Assembly (NCBI GenBank): GCA_002683155.1
Contig: NYST01000009.1
Span: forward strand, 7,963-57,390
Source of the DNA: Methanobacteriota archaeon
GTDB lineage: Archaea > Thermoplasmatota > Poseidoniia > Poseidoniales > Thalassarchaeaceae
Reading direction: 5' to 3'
Length of the DNA stretch: 49,428 nt
The notes below the pieces were generated by a model. It saw nothing but the letters and a program-made list of their open reading frames with translations. It was not told the origin of the DNA and did not search any database. Position 1 is the first letter of the stretch. The number at the start of each line of letters is the position of its first letter. Below are positions 10,114-19,998 of this stretch, in pieces. A program made the position numbers and the translations under genes.

Positions 10114-13100
10114 CGCCCCCATCTTCCCCATCCCACCATGCAGACTCCCCCAAGTCTGCATCCATGACTTCGTCGTCTTCGGATTTGTTCTCGAGAACCC
10201 GATTGCACTCATCAGGATCTATGAACACTAGGAAAACCACGGTAATCATGGTAAGTGCGGCACCCACATAGATGGCGGTCGCGTAGTCGTTATCGAAAAT
10301 CTCCAACATCCTCCCTGTGAAAGTATAGGCCATCACGGCTGATAGGTTGAACATCGACATGTAAGCTGTGAATTGGGTGCCGCCGACCTTGCTCCATGTC
10401 ATCTTCATCGCTACTGCAATTACACAAATCCAAGCAACTCCATTGATCAATCCGCGGATAATCAGATATGTTGTCATGATTGCCGTATTTGTCCAGAATG
10501 GCTGCAGGACTGCCAGCATTGCGTTTGACAATGCTAGGCATGTGAATCCGATCATTGCAACTCTCCTGACTCCGAATCTGTCGCCAAGCATACCGCCGGA
10601 GATTTGGCCTATCATTGTGGCAAATATCACCACCCCCCCTACTATGACGTTGTACTTCTCCTGCTCCCAACCTGCCCTATTGATGAATATGTCAAGCACG
10701 ATTGGGTCCACGAACAAGTACAGCTCAGAGAGGAGGCACAGGAAGATGAGCAAGAAGGACGACCTTAGTGAGAATGCCTTTGTGAGATTAAAAGTGGTCT
10801 GCGCGAGTGTCCTTCTTGCCCCAAATGGAAGTAAGGAGAATGGATTCTTGACCTTTGGAATGGTAAATGCCCGAGACATCAAAGAGACTGCCAATGCAAG
10901 GACTAACCCCCAAAATGCATATTTCTTTGCAACACCATATCCGGAGACAGTTAGATCCACGGACAGAATTGCATACAACAGGCCCAGGACAAAGATCGTC
11001 AATGAAATGATGGTGATGAGGGCGGCTAGTGGGATCTTTTCGTCAAATGTTGATTTTCCAACAGCCTTTGCAGCCCACCACCTTGACTCTTCTGGTTCTT
11101 CCCAGTATAGTGACTCATCGACTGCTGCCACTTCCACGGAGTCTTGATCGCCCGAAGAATCCCCTCCTGAATCCTTGTCTGACTTGCCAGACCATGGGAA
11201 GAGTCGCGTACCTGGCTTCTCATAGAGGAATAGTGGCAGGAGCATGATTAGGAGGAGGAGGGGGAGTTGAACGGATAGCATTCCCCTAATGCCTATCTTG
11301 GTGGCGAATCCTCCCAAAACCGCTCCCCCGATAATCATCCCTGCCCGCTTAGATGCGAACATGTACCCGTTCGCCTTTGAGACCTCGTCATCGTGAAGAA
11401 CGTCAACTGCTAGAGCATCGGTACTAACGTCTTGGAGGGATGCGAAGATATTGTGTATGAATAGGAGTTTGATCACCAAACCGAGTTCGTTCTTCAGATC
11501 TGGAATTAGAAGAAGGGTCCCTATAGAGGCAGCCATTCCGAACTGGGCGAAAATAATCCATAGCCTCCTAGATCCGAATTGAGGCATGTTCACAGTATCA
11601 ATCACCGGCCCCCATATCCACTTGAAGGTCCAAGGGAGAGCAATTGTGGCGAATAGGGTGGCGATCTCTTGTGGGGTGAGTCCATTGTCTGCTAGATATG
11701 CCGCGAAGGCTACTGAGGCGAATCCCCAGGGGAGGCCTTGGGCGAAGTAGAGCACGCATAGGGAGACCATTCGCCTGAGTCTGTTCTCAGTCAGGCTCTT
11801 TCCTTCGAACCACTCCTGGACTAGTTGTTCTCTGTTGAATATAACAAATCCAACCAATACGGAAAGCATCAACCCTACACCGATTATCAGGATGTTGGAA
11901 CTGCTTGAACCCCCCGAGCCACCTCCGGATGTCGCGGGCGTGTCGAGCAGAATTACTCGGCGGGCGTCTACTGGGGAGATATGCTCCTCATCGACGACTA
12001 GTCTAGCGAAAATGGTAGAGTTCCCGGACTCCTGGTGGGGATCAAGGCGGATACTCCAGAGTGACCAGTCTTCCAGTGGTGAGTCGTCCTCTGCCTCCTT
12101 CCAATCCCCGCCTCCGACACGAATCTCGACCCGAGTAGTTGGCTGACCTATCCCTGCTCCTGACGAGTGGCCATTGATGTAGCTCTCGTTGCCGATTTCT
12201 TGCAGGGTCTCCATTTCCATTGAGACATTGAGTGAACGATCGATGCTTCCTGCCGCCTCTACAAATGCTGTGGGGTCCGCCTGCCCATATCCAAACTCAT
12301 TGTCTGGTCTGGTCTCGAGAATACTACAATCGTTGAATCCCGGGTCATCAAGGAGCTGGACATCCCTCTCTATCGAATGTGCTGCAATTATTGACTTGAA
12401 CTCCGTAGGAGTCAGATCAGGATTGGCTTGAACCATCAATGCGGCGATTCCTGCCATTAGAGGAGTAGCCATACTCGTTCCTGACTTGCCGGTGTAGCCG
12501 TCCTGAGTAGCTGCATCGGGAGCCATTATGTCAGAGCCGATTGTTGCGACATCCGGTTTTACCCTGAGATCTGAAGTGTACCCCCTGCTGCTGTATATTG
12601 CAAGTCCTAGATCCTTGTCCAAACTGGCCACTGTAACCGGCAATTGCGCATCCCCAGGGCTATCTATCGTATTACAACCGGCTATGGTTACCCCGCCGAA
12701 TTCGTTCCCTGCCGATAGAGTCGTGATGATTCCTGCTTCGACGACCATGTCCATCTGTCGGCTCCATGCCGAACTCCCATCATTGTCCACATGTACCTCA
12801 AATTGCTGTTCCCCCAAGGAAGAAGTGACAATGTCGATTCCATACTTTTCCTTGTTGTCAATTGCCCACTGGGCCCCTTGCATCACATCCTCAATATCGC
12901 CATCACAGCAACCTAGTATGTTGATCAGATGGGCTCCGGGGGCGGCTCCGACGTACCTCAGACCCGTTGTGGGATCGGTCTGGCCACCTCCGGAGCCAGC
13001 TGCAATTCCTGCAACGTGGCTTCCGTGAGTCCCAGAGTCATAGGATGTTGATGGGTCTTGCTCCTCGTCGGTGAAGACTGCATCGAAGAATGCGATTATC

Positions 13101-13804
13101 TTGGGGTCGCAGTCCGCTGGAATGGGCTGTGGTTCAGGATTCAGGGGATCTGGCTCGGGAGGATCATCGATACAGGTAAATGGGTCGTCGTCCATATCGT
13201 TGAGGCCCTCGTGATCGCCACGTACCCCCGTGTCCAGAATGGCAATCACAGAACCTGTACCATCGAGCCCGAAGTCTTCCCACACTGTGTCGACGCCCAT
13301 GTTTGGAACCGCCTCGTGCATGTTGACCTCGGCGAGTCCAAGATCCTCGACCATCACCACGCCATTCAGGGATCGGATACCTCCTTCGTCTATGATTGGA
13401 GCGATTGGAGATGTGCCAGAAACCGTGTTCAAATATCCAAATCTGAAGGTAACTTCCACTCCAAGTGACTCTAGTGCAGAGATATCGGCATCTGTCGGAT
13501 GGTGGTCATAGTCGACGAAAATACGAGCACTTCCCTCGGGAGCCCTCTTCCACCAGTCCCTCTGAGTTTGTTCCGGTTGCTCGATCAACCATTCCAATCT
13601 GTCGTCAAGGGAGTTAGAATCCTTGTCTCGACTCCAATGAGTCCACCAATTCCAGTGAATGTCTGACTCTACACTGGGCACCCAATCCCCATTTGCATCG
13701 AATCCTCCTTGTCGTGACGGCTCAAAGGAGATTGAGGATGATACCAATGGTGCGATTAAGACCAATAGGGCGAGGGATGCAAACATATGGCGGCGGTCGG
13801 CCAT
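10091..13804 (-). CDS. Secreted S8 (subtilisin-like) peptidase fused to an AmpG-like MFS transporter
   Basis: Single 1237-aa ORF. Signal peptide; triad ILDTG / HGSHVAG / GTSMATP; oxyanion SAGN; Gly/Ser linker and a TM helix; then LYFAQGLP, LPWTFKWIWGPVID and FASLQDVSTDA (AmpG-family motifs) with multiple TM helices. Confidence 0.9.
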   Translation of the reverse strand: MADRRHMFASLALLVLIAPLVSSSISFEPSRQGGFDANGDWVPSVESDIHWNWWTHWSRDKDSNSLDDRLEWLIEQPEQTQRDWWKRAPEGSARIFVDYDHHPTDADISALESLGVEVTFRFGYLNTVSGTSPIAPIIDEGGIRSLNGVVMVEDLGLAEVNMHEAVPNMGVDTVWEDFGLDGTGSVIAILDTGVRGDHEGLNDMDDDPFTCIDDPPEPDPLNPEPQPIPADCDPKIIAFFDAVFTDEEQDPSTSYDSGTHGSHVAGIAAGSGGGQTDPTTGLRYVGAAPGAHLINILGCCDGDIEDVMQGAQWAIDNKEKYGIDIVTSSLGEQQFEVHVDNDGSSAWSRQMDMVVEAGIITTLSAGNEFGGVTIAGCNTIDSPGDAQLPVTVASLDKDLGLAIYSSRGYTSDLRVKPDVATIGSDIMAPDAATQDGYTGKSGTSMATPLMAGIAALMVQANPDLTPTEFKSIIAAHSIERDVQLLDDPGFNDCSILETRPDNEFGYGQADPTAFVEAAGSIDRSLNVSMEMETLQEIGNESYINGHSSGAGIGQPTTRVEIRVGGGDWKEAEDDSPLEDWSLWSIRLDPHQESGNSTIFARLVVDEEHISPVDARRVILLDTPATSGGGSGGSSSSNILIIGVGLMLSVLVGFVIFNREQLVQEWFEGKSLTENRLRRMVSLCVLYFAQGLPWGFASVAFAAYLADNGLTPQEIATLFATIALPWTFKWIWGPVIDTVNMPQFGSRRLWIIFAQFGMAASIGTLLLIPDLKNELGLVIKLLFIHNIFASLQDVSTDALAVDVLHDDEVSKANGYMFASKRAGMIIGGAVLGGFATKIGIRGMLSVQLPLLLLIMLLPLFLYEKPGTRLFPWSGKSDKDSGGDSSGDQDSVEVAAVDESLYWEEPEESRWWAAKAVGKSTFDEKIPLAALITIISLTIFVLGLLYAILSVDLTVSGYGVAKKYAFWGLVLALAVSLMSRAFTIPKVKNPFSLLPFGARRTLAQTTFNLTKAFSLRSSFLLIFLCLLSELYLFVDPIVLDIFINRAGWEQEKYNVIVGGVVIFATMIGQISGGMLGDRFGVRRVAMIGFTCLALSNAMLAVLQPFWTNTAIMTTYLIIRGLINGVAWICVIAVAMKMTWSKVGGTQFTAYMSMFNLSAVMAYTFTGRMLEIFDNDYATAIYVGAALTMITVVFLVFIDPDECNRVLENKSEDDEVMDADLGESAWWDGEDGGGDAVTPA

Positions 13805-13849
13805 GGATGCTCGGGCAAACGGTCATGTTTGAGATTTCGTGCTTGACTA

Positions 13850-14722
13850 TCAATCGTGAATCAGGACTCCTTTGTCCTCGAAATCCCAATCAATTATCTC
13901 CCATTTGGCTCCTTCTATGGCCTGAATTACCTCTTCACGCCCAGTGGAAGAGCACAGAATTGCTGAGCACCCCCCGCCGCCAGCCCCCAACGCTTTCCAA
14001 GCTACAGCAGAACCACTGTCGATGAGTGGCTGCACCACATCCCTGAAGGGATCGTGGATTGCATCGTCAATCAAGTCAACGCCCTCGCATACTTCATTCA
14101 ATGAAGCAACTACCATGTCTCTGCGATCTTGTTGGAGGCCCTGGGCCATCACCCTAGCTGCACCTCTGATCTTATGTAGGCCACTGATAACCTCCGGATC
14201 CCCATTTGAGTATCGAGACCACACTGATTTTTGCATATCTCCGGAATTCCTGGTTTTACCGGAGAATGAGATGACGAGATGCTTCTTCAGCCAATTCATT
14301 GACGACCTCATTGGCTCAAATGGCATCCTCTCGACCGAATCCCCAATGAACAGCAGATGGTTGAAACCCCCTACTGCTGATGCCCACTGATCTTGCCTAC
14401 CGCAGTAATTGCCGGATTCGGACTCCAGAACAAACGCTTCCTCGGCTAGTTTCACCGGATCTTCAATTTGATCAGGAGAGTTCAGCGCGGACAATGCGAC
14501 ATTCATGGCTGAGCTAGTTCCCAATCCGGATCCCCTGGGTACTGGAAACTCAAAGTGTGTCTCTGAAACACCTGAATCTGGGCCAAGTCGGGCGAACACC
14601 CTGAGATTAATTGCGAAGTTTACGACTTCTCCTCCGAAGTCCCCGGGATATGGGCCCACGTCGGTCCACCCGCCAGCAAGGTCAACTCGGACAGGCGATG
14701 AAGATGAGGTGCCCCCTGCCAT
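13850..14722 (-). CDS. GHMP-family sugar kinase (HddA/fucokinase-like)
   Basis: PVRVDLAGGWTD, PRGSGLGTSSA, GRQDQ and GAGGGG motifs. Confidence 0.88.
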   Translation of the reverse strand: MAGGTSSSSPVRVDLAGGWTDVGPYPGDFGGEVVNFAINLRVFARLGPDSGVSETHFEFPVPRGSGLGTSSAMNVALSALNSPDQIEDPVKLAEEAFVLESESGNYCGRQDQWASAVGGFNHLLFIGDSVERMPFEPMRSSMNWLKKHLVISFSGKTRNSGDMQKSVWSRYSNGDPEVISGLHKIRGAARVMAQGLQQDRRDMVVASLNEVCEGVDLIDDAIHDPFRDVVQPLIDSGSAVAWKALGAGGGGCSAILCSSTGREEVIQAIEGAKWEIIDWDFEDKGVLIHD

Positions 14723-14782
14723 AATTCCAGTGGGGTTTGCTACTAGACATCATTATTTCTAGACCGAAAGTATCGGGTATCA

Positions 14783-15514
14783 ATGGCCCCTCCGCGAGGC
14801 ATGGACGACGGAGTTGCTAGAGCGATTTCTGCATTCAAGTCAGGGAATCCTGTAATGATCTTTGATTCTGATTTCAGAGAGAAAGAGACAGATCTACTAT
14901 GGCCCGCAACATCGGCTACACCAGAGGTAATTAGGAGACTGCGCAAAGACTGCGGAGGACTTCTCTTCCTAGCAATAGGAAATGAAATCGGGGAAATGTT
15001 CGGACTCCCGTGGCTACAGGACATCCATTCTCACGATACCTTGATCGGAGAGAACCCTGTACTTGGGCATCTAGTAACAAACGACCTTCAGTACGATTCA
15101 AGATCTGCGTTCACTCTTTCTTTGAACCATAGGGAGACGTACACGGGAATTACCGACAGGGACAGAGCTCTGACAACAAGAAGGTTCGGAGAGCTGTCTG
15201 GGGAATTGATAGATATTGGTGCAATGGGCGACTTCGCTCTGTCCCAATTAGGAAAGGAATTCAGGACCCCGGGACATATCCCTGTGTGTAGAGAGTCGCC
15301 TGGAGGGCTCAAGACGAGGGAGGGGCACACTGAATTGGCAGTGTCCATAGCCAGATTGGCAGGGTTGGTCCCTTGTACAATTGGTGCCGAGATGCTAGAG
15401 CCGGATGGCGATGGTGCGTTGACCTTGGAAGGGGCCAGAGATTATGCAGATAGGTATGGGATTCCAATGATTACTGGGGAACAGATTTCCACTGCTTTCG
15501 ATGAAAAGGATTAG
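14783..15514 (+). CDS. ribB: 3,4-dihydroxy-2-butanone 4-phosphate synthase (archaeal type)
   Basis: DSDFREKETD, TGITDRDRA, FRTPGHI and REGHTE, with the archaeal-type YDSRSAF segment. Confidence 0.93.
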   Translation: MAPPRGMDDGVARAISAFKSGNPVMIFDSDFREKETDLLWPATSATPEVIRRLRKDCGGLLFLAIGNEIGEMFGLPWLQDIHSHDTLIGENPVLGHLVTNDLQYDSRSAFTLSLNHRETYTGITDRDRALTTRRFGELSGELIDIGAMGDFALSQLGKEFRTPGHIPVCRESPGGLKTREGHTELAVSIARLAGLVPCTIGAEMLEPDGDGALTLEGARDYADRYGIPMITGEQISTAFDEKD

Positions 15515-15537
15515 GCGAAGATATCAACGGGGTCTCA

Positions 15538-15999
15538 ATGATGGTCAGAGTGATGGCAGTAGGTATTTTCGACCTACTCCATGCTGGTCATTTGCACTAC
15601 GTCGAGCAAGCAAAATCGCTTGGTGACGAGCTTATTGTCGTCATTGCCCACGATGAGACCGTAAGGAAGCAGAAACACGAGCCAGTTACTGGTCAGAAGT
15701 TGAGGAGAAGAATGGTGGAAGGCCTGAAACCAGTTGATAGAGCGATTATTGGAAATCCGCCCGGAGTTCCCATTTTCGAGATACTTGAGGATGTGAAGCC
15801 AGACATTATTGCTCTGGGTTATGATCAGAAGCACTCTATTGACGCAATTAGGTCTGGCTTGGACAAAGCTGGCTTCGGAAAGGTGGAAGTGACGCGAGTG
15901 GAAGGCTTGTCGGACGACCTAGATGGCACAAGGAAGATTATTGCAAGGATTCTAGATTTGTGGCCCAGTACAGAGGGCGGGCCCTATGAGGAGGACTGA
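15538..15999 (+). CDS. ribL: Archaeal FAD synthase (cytidylyltransferase family)
   Basis: FDLLHAGH (HxGH) and PDIIALGYDQ; lies within the riboflavin cluster. Confidence 0.88.
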   Translation: MMVRVMAVGIFDLLHAGHLHYVEQAKSLGDELIVVIAHDETVRKQKHEPVTGQKLRRRMVEGLKPVDRAIIGNPPGVPIFEILEDVKPDIIALGYDQKHSIDAIRSGLDKAGFGKVEVTRVEGLSDDLDGTRKIIARILDLWPSTEGGPYEED

Positions 16000-16001
16000 G
16001 C

Positions 16002-16601
16002 GTGTTTACGGGAATTGTAGCTGGTACTGCGCCTATTCTGAGAATTGACGAAGGCGAGGGGATTCGCAAAATAACAGTGGATCTGGGAGATTTCTTAGAC
16101 GGACTCGAAACTGGAGCAAGCGTATCCCTAGATGGGGTATGCATGACTGTGGTTAGCATAGATTCCGGACTGGTGACCTTTGATGCTATTTCGGAGACTC
16201 TGGACAGGACAACCTTGTCAGATAGGTCGGAGGGCGATTTGCTTAACGTCGAGAGGTCGATGAGGCTCGGAGATGAGTTGGGGGGGCATATCCTATCCGG
16301 GCACGTAATGGGAACGGCGGAAATCATAGAGTCGAGGACGGTTGGAGAGGGATTGGATCTCCTCATCTCCATGCCTGATGGATGCTCCCCATTCATACTG
16401 GAAAAGGGATTCATTGCTGTTGATGGAATGTCTCTAACTATTGGGAAATGCGATGAGGGGAGTTTCGGTTTGCATATTATTCCAGAGACACTCAGAATCA
16501 CCACTCTGGATAAGAAGGTCGTAGGAGACAGGGTAAACATTGAGATAGACTCGAGAACCCAAGCAGTAGTGGAGACGATGCTCAGGATGGGTAAATCATG
16601 A
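16002..16601 (+). CDS. ribE: Riboflavin synthase (bacterial-type alpha chain)
   Basis: MFTGIV N-terminus, GVCMTV, LGGHILSGHV and the internal repeat KGFIAVDGMSLT. Confidence 0.93.
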   Translation: MFTGIVAGTAPILRIDEGEGIRKITVDLGDFLDGLETGASVSLDGVCMTVVSIDSGLVTFDAISETLDRTTLSDRSEGDLLNVERSMRLGDELGGHILSGHVMGTAEIIESRTVGEGLDLLISMPDGCSPFILEKGFIAVDGMSLTIGKCDEGSFGLHIIPETLRITTLDKKVVGDRVNIEIDSRTQAVVETMLRMGKS

Positions 16602-16993
16602 ATCTTGGAATTGTTTGTGGGTCTTTTCATCGCGAGGAAGTAGAGAGGATGCTTGAATTTGCCAAAGATGAGGCGGCTTCCAAGAATTTGCAAGTGCGGG
16701 ATGTCGTTTGGATCCCCGGTTCTATGGAGGCACCCCTTGCTCTTGACAGGATGCTCCATGATGAAGAAATCCATGGAGCCATTGTCTTGGGAATTATCGA
16801 ACGTGGTGAGACCGATCATGGCCTTGTAATGGGCAATTCTGTTACCATGTCAATTATTGAATTGCAAATCAAGCATAACAAGCCGATTGGATTGGGAATA
16901 ATCGGTCCTGGGGCCGAGCCTGAGCACATTGAGCCTAGGCTAGAGCCACACGCTAGGTCCGCGGTTGGTGCGGTCGCAGCGATGTCAGCGTGA
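16598..16993 (+). CDS. ribH: 6,7-dimethyl-8-ribityllumazine synthase
   Basis: IPGSMEAP, LGIIERGETDH and PIGLGI. ATGA overlap with the riboflavin synthase gene. Confidence 0.92.
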   Translation: MNLGIVCGSFHREEVERMLEFAKDEAASKNLQVRDVVWIPGSMEAPLALDRMLHDEEIHGAIVLGIIERGETDHGLVMGNSVTMSIIELQIKHNKPIGLGIIGPGAEPEHIEPRLEPHARSAVGAVAAMSA

Positions 16994-17002
16994 ACGAAGG
17001 CA

Positions 17003-17323
17003 TCATTCGCCCGGAAGGCGCATTGAAGGCAACTCAGTGGAAGTGGCAGCTTCCATCCCCTCGACAGTAATTAGAGGAGTAAGCTTTCCATTGAAAACTC
17101 CCGATGCTCCAACGTAGAGTGAGAACTTTACGGCCATTTCCTCTGGGATGTCGGCAATCATAAGAAAATCCATCTCTCCGAAAGACCAGTAGTAAGCTTC
17201 CAGGGACCCCCCCATTGCTTCCACTATCCTCTCGGCTTCTTCCTTTCTCGCTTTGCCCCCGTCCTTTAGCAGGCCAGCAGCACCTTCCTTAGTGTAGTTT
17301 CCAGAATACATGTATTTTGGCAT
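17003..17323 (-). CDS. GYD-domain protein
   Basis: MPKY...YTKEG, GGSLEAYYWSFGEMD and the RLPG terminus are typical of the GYD family. Confidence 0.8.
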   Translation of the reverse strand: MPKYMYSGNYTKEGAAGLLKDGGKARKEEAERIVEAMGGSLEAYYWSFGEMDFLMIADIPEEMAVKFSLYVGASGVFNGKLTPLITVEGMEAATSTELPSMRLPGE

Positions 17324-17435
17324 GAGTAGCCCTCTTGATGGTTGTTATATTACGATTTCTTTCTCGATTTTTCCCTTATTCGATGGAGTGGTAAGACTGT
17401 CAAGATTCAAGGGATGCCTTACACCTCGGTGACTT

Positions 17436-18365
17436 ATGGGCGAGGACGTCAGGAGCGTGATCATTGTTGGTTCAGGCCCTGCAGGTTACACTGCTGGACT
17501 ATACTCGGCCAGAGCCTTGCTGAGTCCTTTGATGTTCGCCGGGTACATGTCAGGAGGACAGTTGATGCTAACATCGGATGTTGAGAACTTCCCTGGATAT
17601 CCAAAGGGAATTGGCGGGCCGGAGATGATGGTCGACATGAGGGAACAGGCCGAAAGATTCGGTTTGGAGGTCCAAGACAAGAACGTGGAAAGAGTCGATC
17701 TTTCGCAACGTCCCTTTGGAGTTTGGGTGGAAGGGGAGGAGTTCAGGGCAGAATCGCTGATTATTTGCACTGGGGCGGAGGCGATTTGGCTTGGTGCAGA
17801 AGGTGAAGAGGAGCAGAAGGGGCGTGGAATTTCGACATGCGCCACTTGTGACGGTGCTTTCTTCCGAGACGAAGAAATCATCGTTGTCGGGGGTGGAGAT
17901 TCGGCAATGGAAGAAGCTACCTTCCTAACGAGGTTTGCAAGCAAGGTTACAGTCATCCACAGGAGGGATGTTTTCAAGGCGTCAAAGGTGATGTACGAGA
18001 GGGCAGAGGGTCATCCAAAGATAGAGATCAAGCCATTCAGGCAGGTGAAAAGGTGGCTTGCCAACGAACAAGGCCTTACTGGTGCCATTCTGGAAGACCC
18101 CAGGGATGGATCGGAGGAGGAGATAAGTTGTGCTGGTGCTTTTATTGCGATAGGCCATAAGCCAATTACCAGCTTCCTAGAAAATCAGTTGGAAACTGAC
18201 TCGGAGGGATACATCGTCCACAAGACGAATACAATGACGGCAATTCCGGGAGTGTTTGCTGCTGGGGATGTTGTGGACAAAAGGTACAGACAAGCGATTA
18301 CGGCTGCTGGGATGGGTTGTCAGGCTGCAATAGATGCTGAGAGATGGCTAGAAGATCAGCACTGA
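17436..18365 (+). CDS. trxB: Thioredoxin reductase
   Basis: GSGPAG, CATCDG, GGGDSAMEEA and QAITAAGMG. Confidence 0.96.
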   Translation: MGEDVRSVIIVGSGPAGYTAGLYSARALLSPLMFAGYMSGGQLMLTSDVENFPGYPKGIGGPEMMVDMREQAERFGLEVQDKNVERVDLSQRPFGVWVEGEEFRAESLIICTGAEAIWLGAEGEEEQKGRGISTCATCDGAFFRDEEIIVVGGGDSAMEEATFLTRFASKVTVIHRRDVFKASKVMYERAEGHPKIEIKPFRQVKRWLANEQGLTGAILEDPRDGSEEEISCAGAFIAIGHKPITSFLENQLETDSEGYIVHKTNTMTAIPGVFAAGDVVDKRYRQAITAAGMGCQAAIDAERWLEDQH

Positions 18366-18375
18366 GGTAGTTAGG

Positions 18376-18789
18376 TTGGTAGAATTCGGAGTATTCAGTG
18401 ATAGAGAAAACTGGTTAGAGAGAAGTTGGTTATCTCATCGAATTGGGGATCTGTTCTACATCTCTCATACAATTGTCACACTTTGGTGCGCCATACTTTG
18501 GTTGGGACCTCACCAATGGATGTGGTGGGGCGTCATCATCCTATACTCGGCCACAGAAATACTCTGGTTCTTTCGGGGTCAATTCTGTATTCTTTCCGAT
18601 CTTGAAAGGTACTTCAAGGGAGTCCCTAGACCCGAGGATCCACTGAATCAAAACTTTATTCGCAGACTTTGGTATTTATTTTTCCGAAGAGAGATTTCAA
18701 CTGAGACGGCATATATTTTGACTCGAGTATGGGGGCGATTAGGTTTCTCTGTGGCTATTATTAGACTTTACATGGGTGGGGCCTTCTGA
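18376..18789 (+). CDS. Membrane protein, DUF2784-like
   Basis: Trp-rich TM helices with a His in TM1 and CILSDLE (CxLTxLE-like). TTG start. Confidence 0.65.
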   Translation: MVEFGVFSDRENWLERSWLSHRIGDLFYISHTIVTLWCAILWLGPHQWMWWGVIILYSATEILWFFRGQFCILSDLERYFKGVPRPEDPLNQNFIRRLWYLFFRREISTETAYILTRVWGRLGFSVAIIRLYMGGAF

Positions 18790-18888
18790 GGCATTTTGCT
18801 AGATGAAGCCCAGATGTGATCACCAATCAAACAGCCAATAGGGAGTGAAAAAGAGACCGAAGATACCTTGATTGTACCCCCTTTCACG

Positions 18889-19998
18889 ATGACAATGTCA
18901 GACTACCTTGGGCCTGAACAAAGGGAGAGATATGCAAGACATCTAGTTCTCCCAGGAGTTGGGCATGAAGGCCAGGAGAAATTGCTCAAATCGTCGGTCC
19001 TGGTGGTTGGAGCCGGTGGGCTGGGTTCTCCGGCATTGATGTATTTGGCTGCAGCCGGAATCGGCAGAATTGGAATTATCGACAATGATAAGGTCAGTTC
19101 ATCCAATTTGCAGAGGCAGATAATCCACAATGTTTCCTGGGTTGGCAAATCTAAGGTTAAGTCTGCTTCCGACTGGATAAAGGGACTTAATCCGGATATT
19201 GACGTTGTAAAGATCGATGACAGGCTGACTAGGAATAATTCAGAGGAAATACTGAATGATTACGATGTTATTATTGACGGGACGGACAACTTCCAATCTC
19301 GATACCTAATTGGGGACGTGTGCGAGATTCTGGGCAAACCATGGATTTTTGGGAGCATTCATAGATTCGAGGGGCAAGTCTCGACCTTCAACCTGAAAGG
19401 GGGGGCGAATTATCGTGACTTGTTTCCCACCCCTCCTCCTCCAGAGTTAGCACCAAATTGCTCGGAAGCTGGAGTTTTGGGGGTATTGCCCGGCATTGTT
19501 GGAACAATACAAGCGACAGAGGCACTGAAAGTAATTCTGGGCATTGGAGAAAATCTGAGTGGAAAGTTACTGACAATTGATGCTTTGACGATGGAAATGA
19601 GGACACTATCGTTTTCCAAAAATCCAGAAAGAGTTAGGGTCACAAAACTAGGGGAGTCGGTGAGCAGGGATTTTGAAGAAATTGGTGCGAAGGATCTATC
19701 CGAACGGAGACAGGGTGGTTGGAAACCATTCCTACTTGATGTCAGAAGAGCGCATGAGGAGGCTATTGCTTCGATAGAGGGAACCGATGCCAGAATAATG
19801 CATCTTGAGATTCCGACGAGATTATCCGAGTTGCCAACAGGAACTGATATCGTTGTATACTGTAGAAGTGGCCAGAGATCGGCTGCTGTGGCCAGATTCA
19901 TCATAGAATCTGATTTGGAAATTGGACGCGTTTTCAACCTAACTGGAGGCATACTCTCTTGGTCGGACAATGTAGACCCGAGTATTGTCAAATATTAA
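18889..19998 (+). CDS. moeB: MoeB/MoeZ-type adenylyltransferase with a C-terminal rhodanese domain
   Basis: RYARH, GAGGLGS, SNLQRQ, DGTDNF and CSEAGVLG, then a rhodanese domain with CRSGQRS. Start 18889 or 18895. Confidence 0.93.
   Translation: MTMSDYLGPEQRERYARHLVLPGVGHEGQEKLLKSSVLVVGAGGLGSPALMYLAAAGIGRIGIIDNDKVSSSNLQRQIIHNVSWVGKSKVKSASDWIKGLNPDIDVVKIDDRLTRNNSEEILNDYDVIIDGTDNFQSRYLIGDVCEILGKPWIFGSIHRFEGQVSTFNLKGGANYRDLFPTPPPPELAPNCSEAGVLGVLPGIVGTIQATEALKVILGIGENLSGKLLTIDALTMEMRTLSFSKNPERVRVTKLGESVSRDFEEIGAKDLSERRQGGWKPFLLDVRRAHEEAIASIEGTDARIMHLEIPTRLSELPTGTDIVVYCRSGQRSAAVARFIIESDLEIGRVFNLTGGILSWSDNVDPSIVKY

Noticed and set aside
15938..16819. 293-aa antisense ORF and the many similar Ser/Pro-rich shadow ORFs
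   Set aside because: They lie antisense to well-supported genes, have reverse-complement codon composition and show no motifs.
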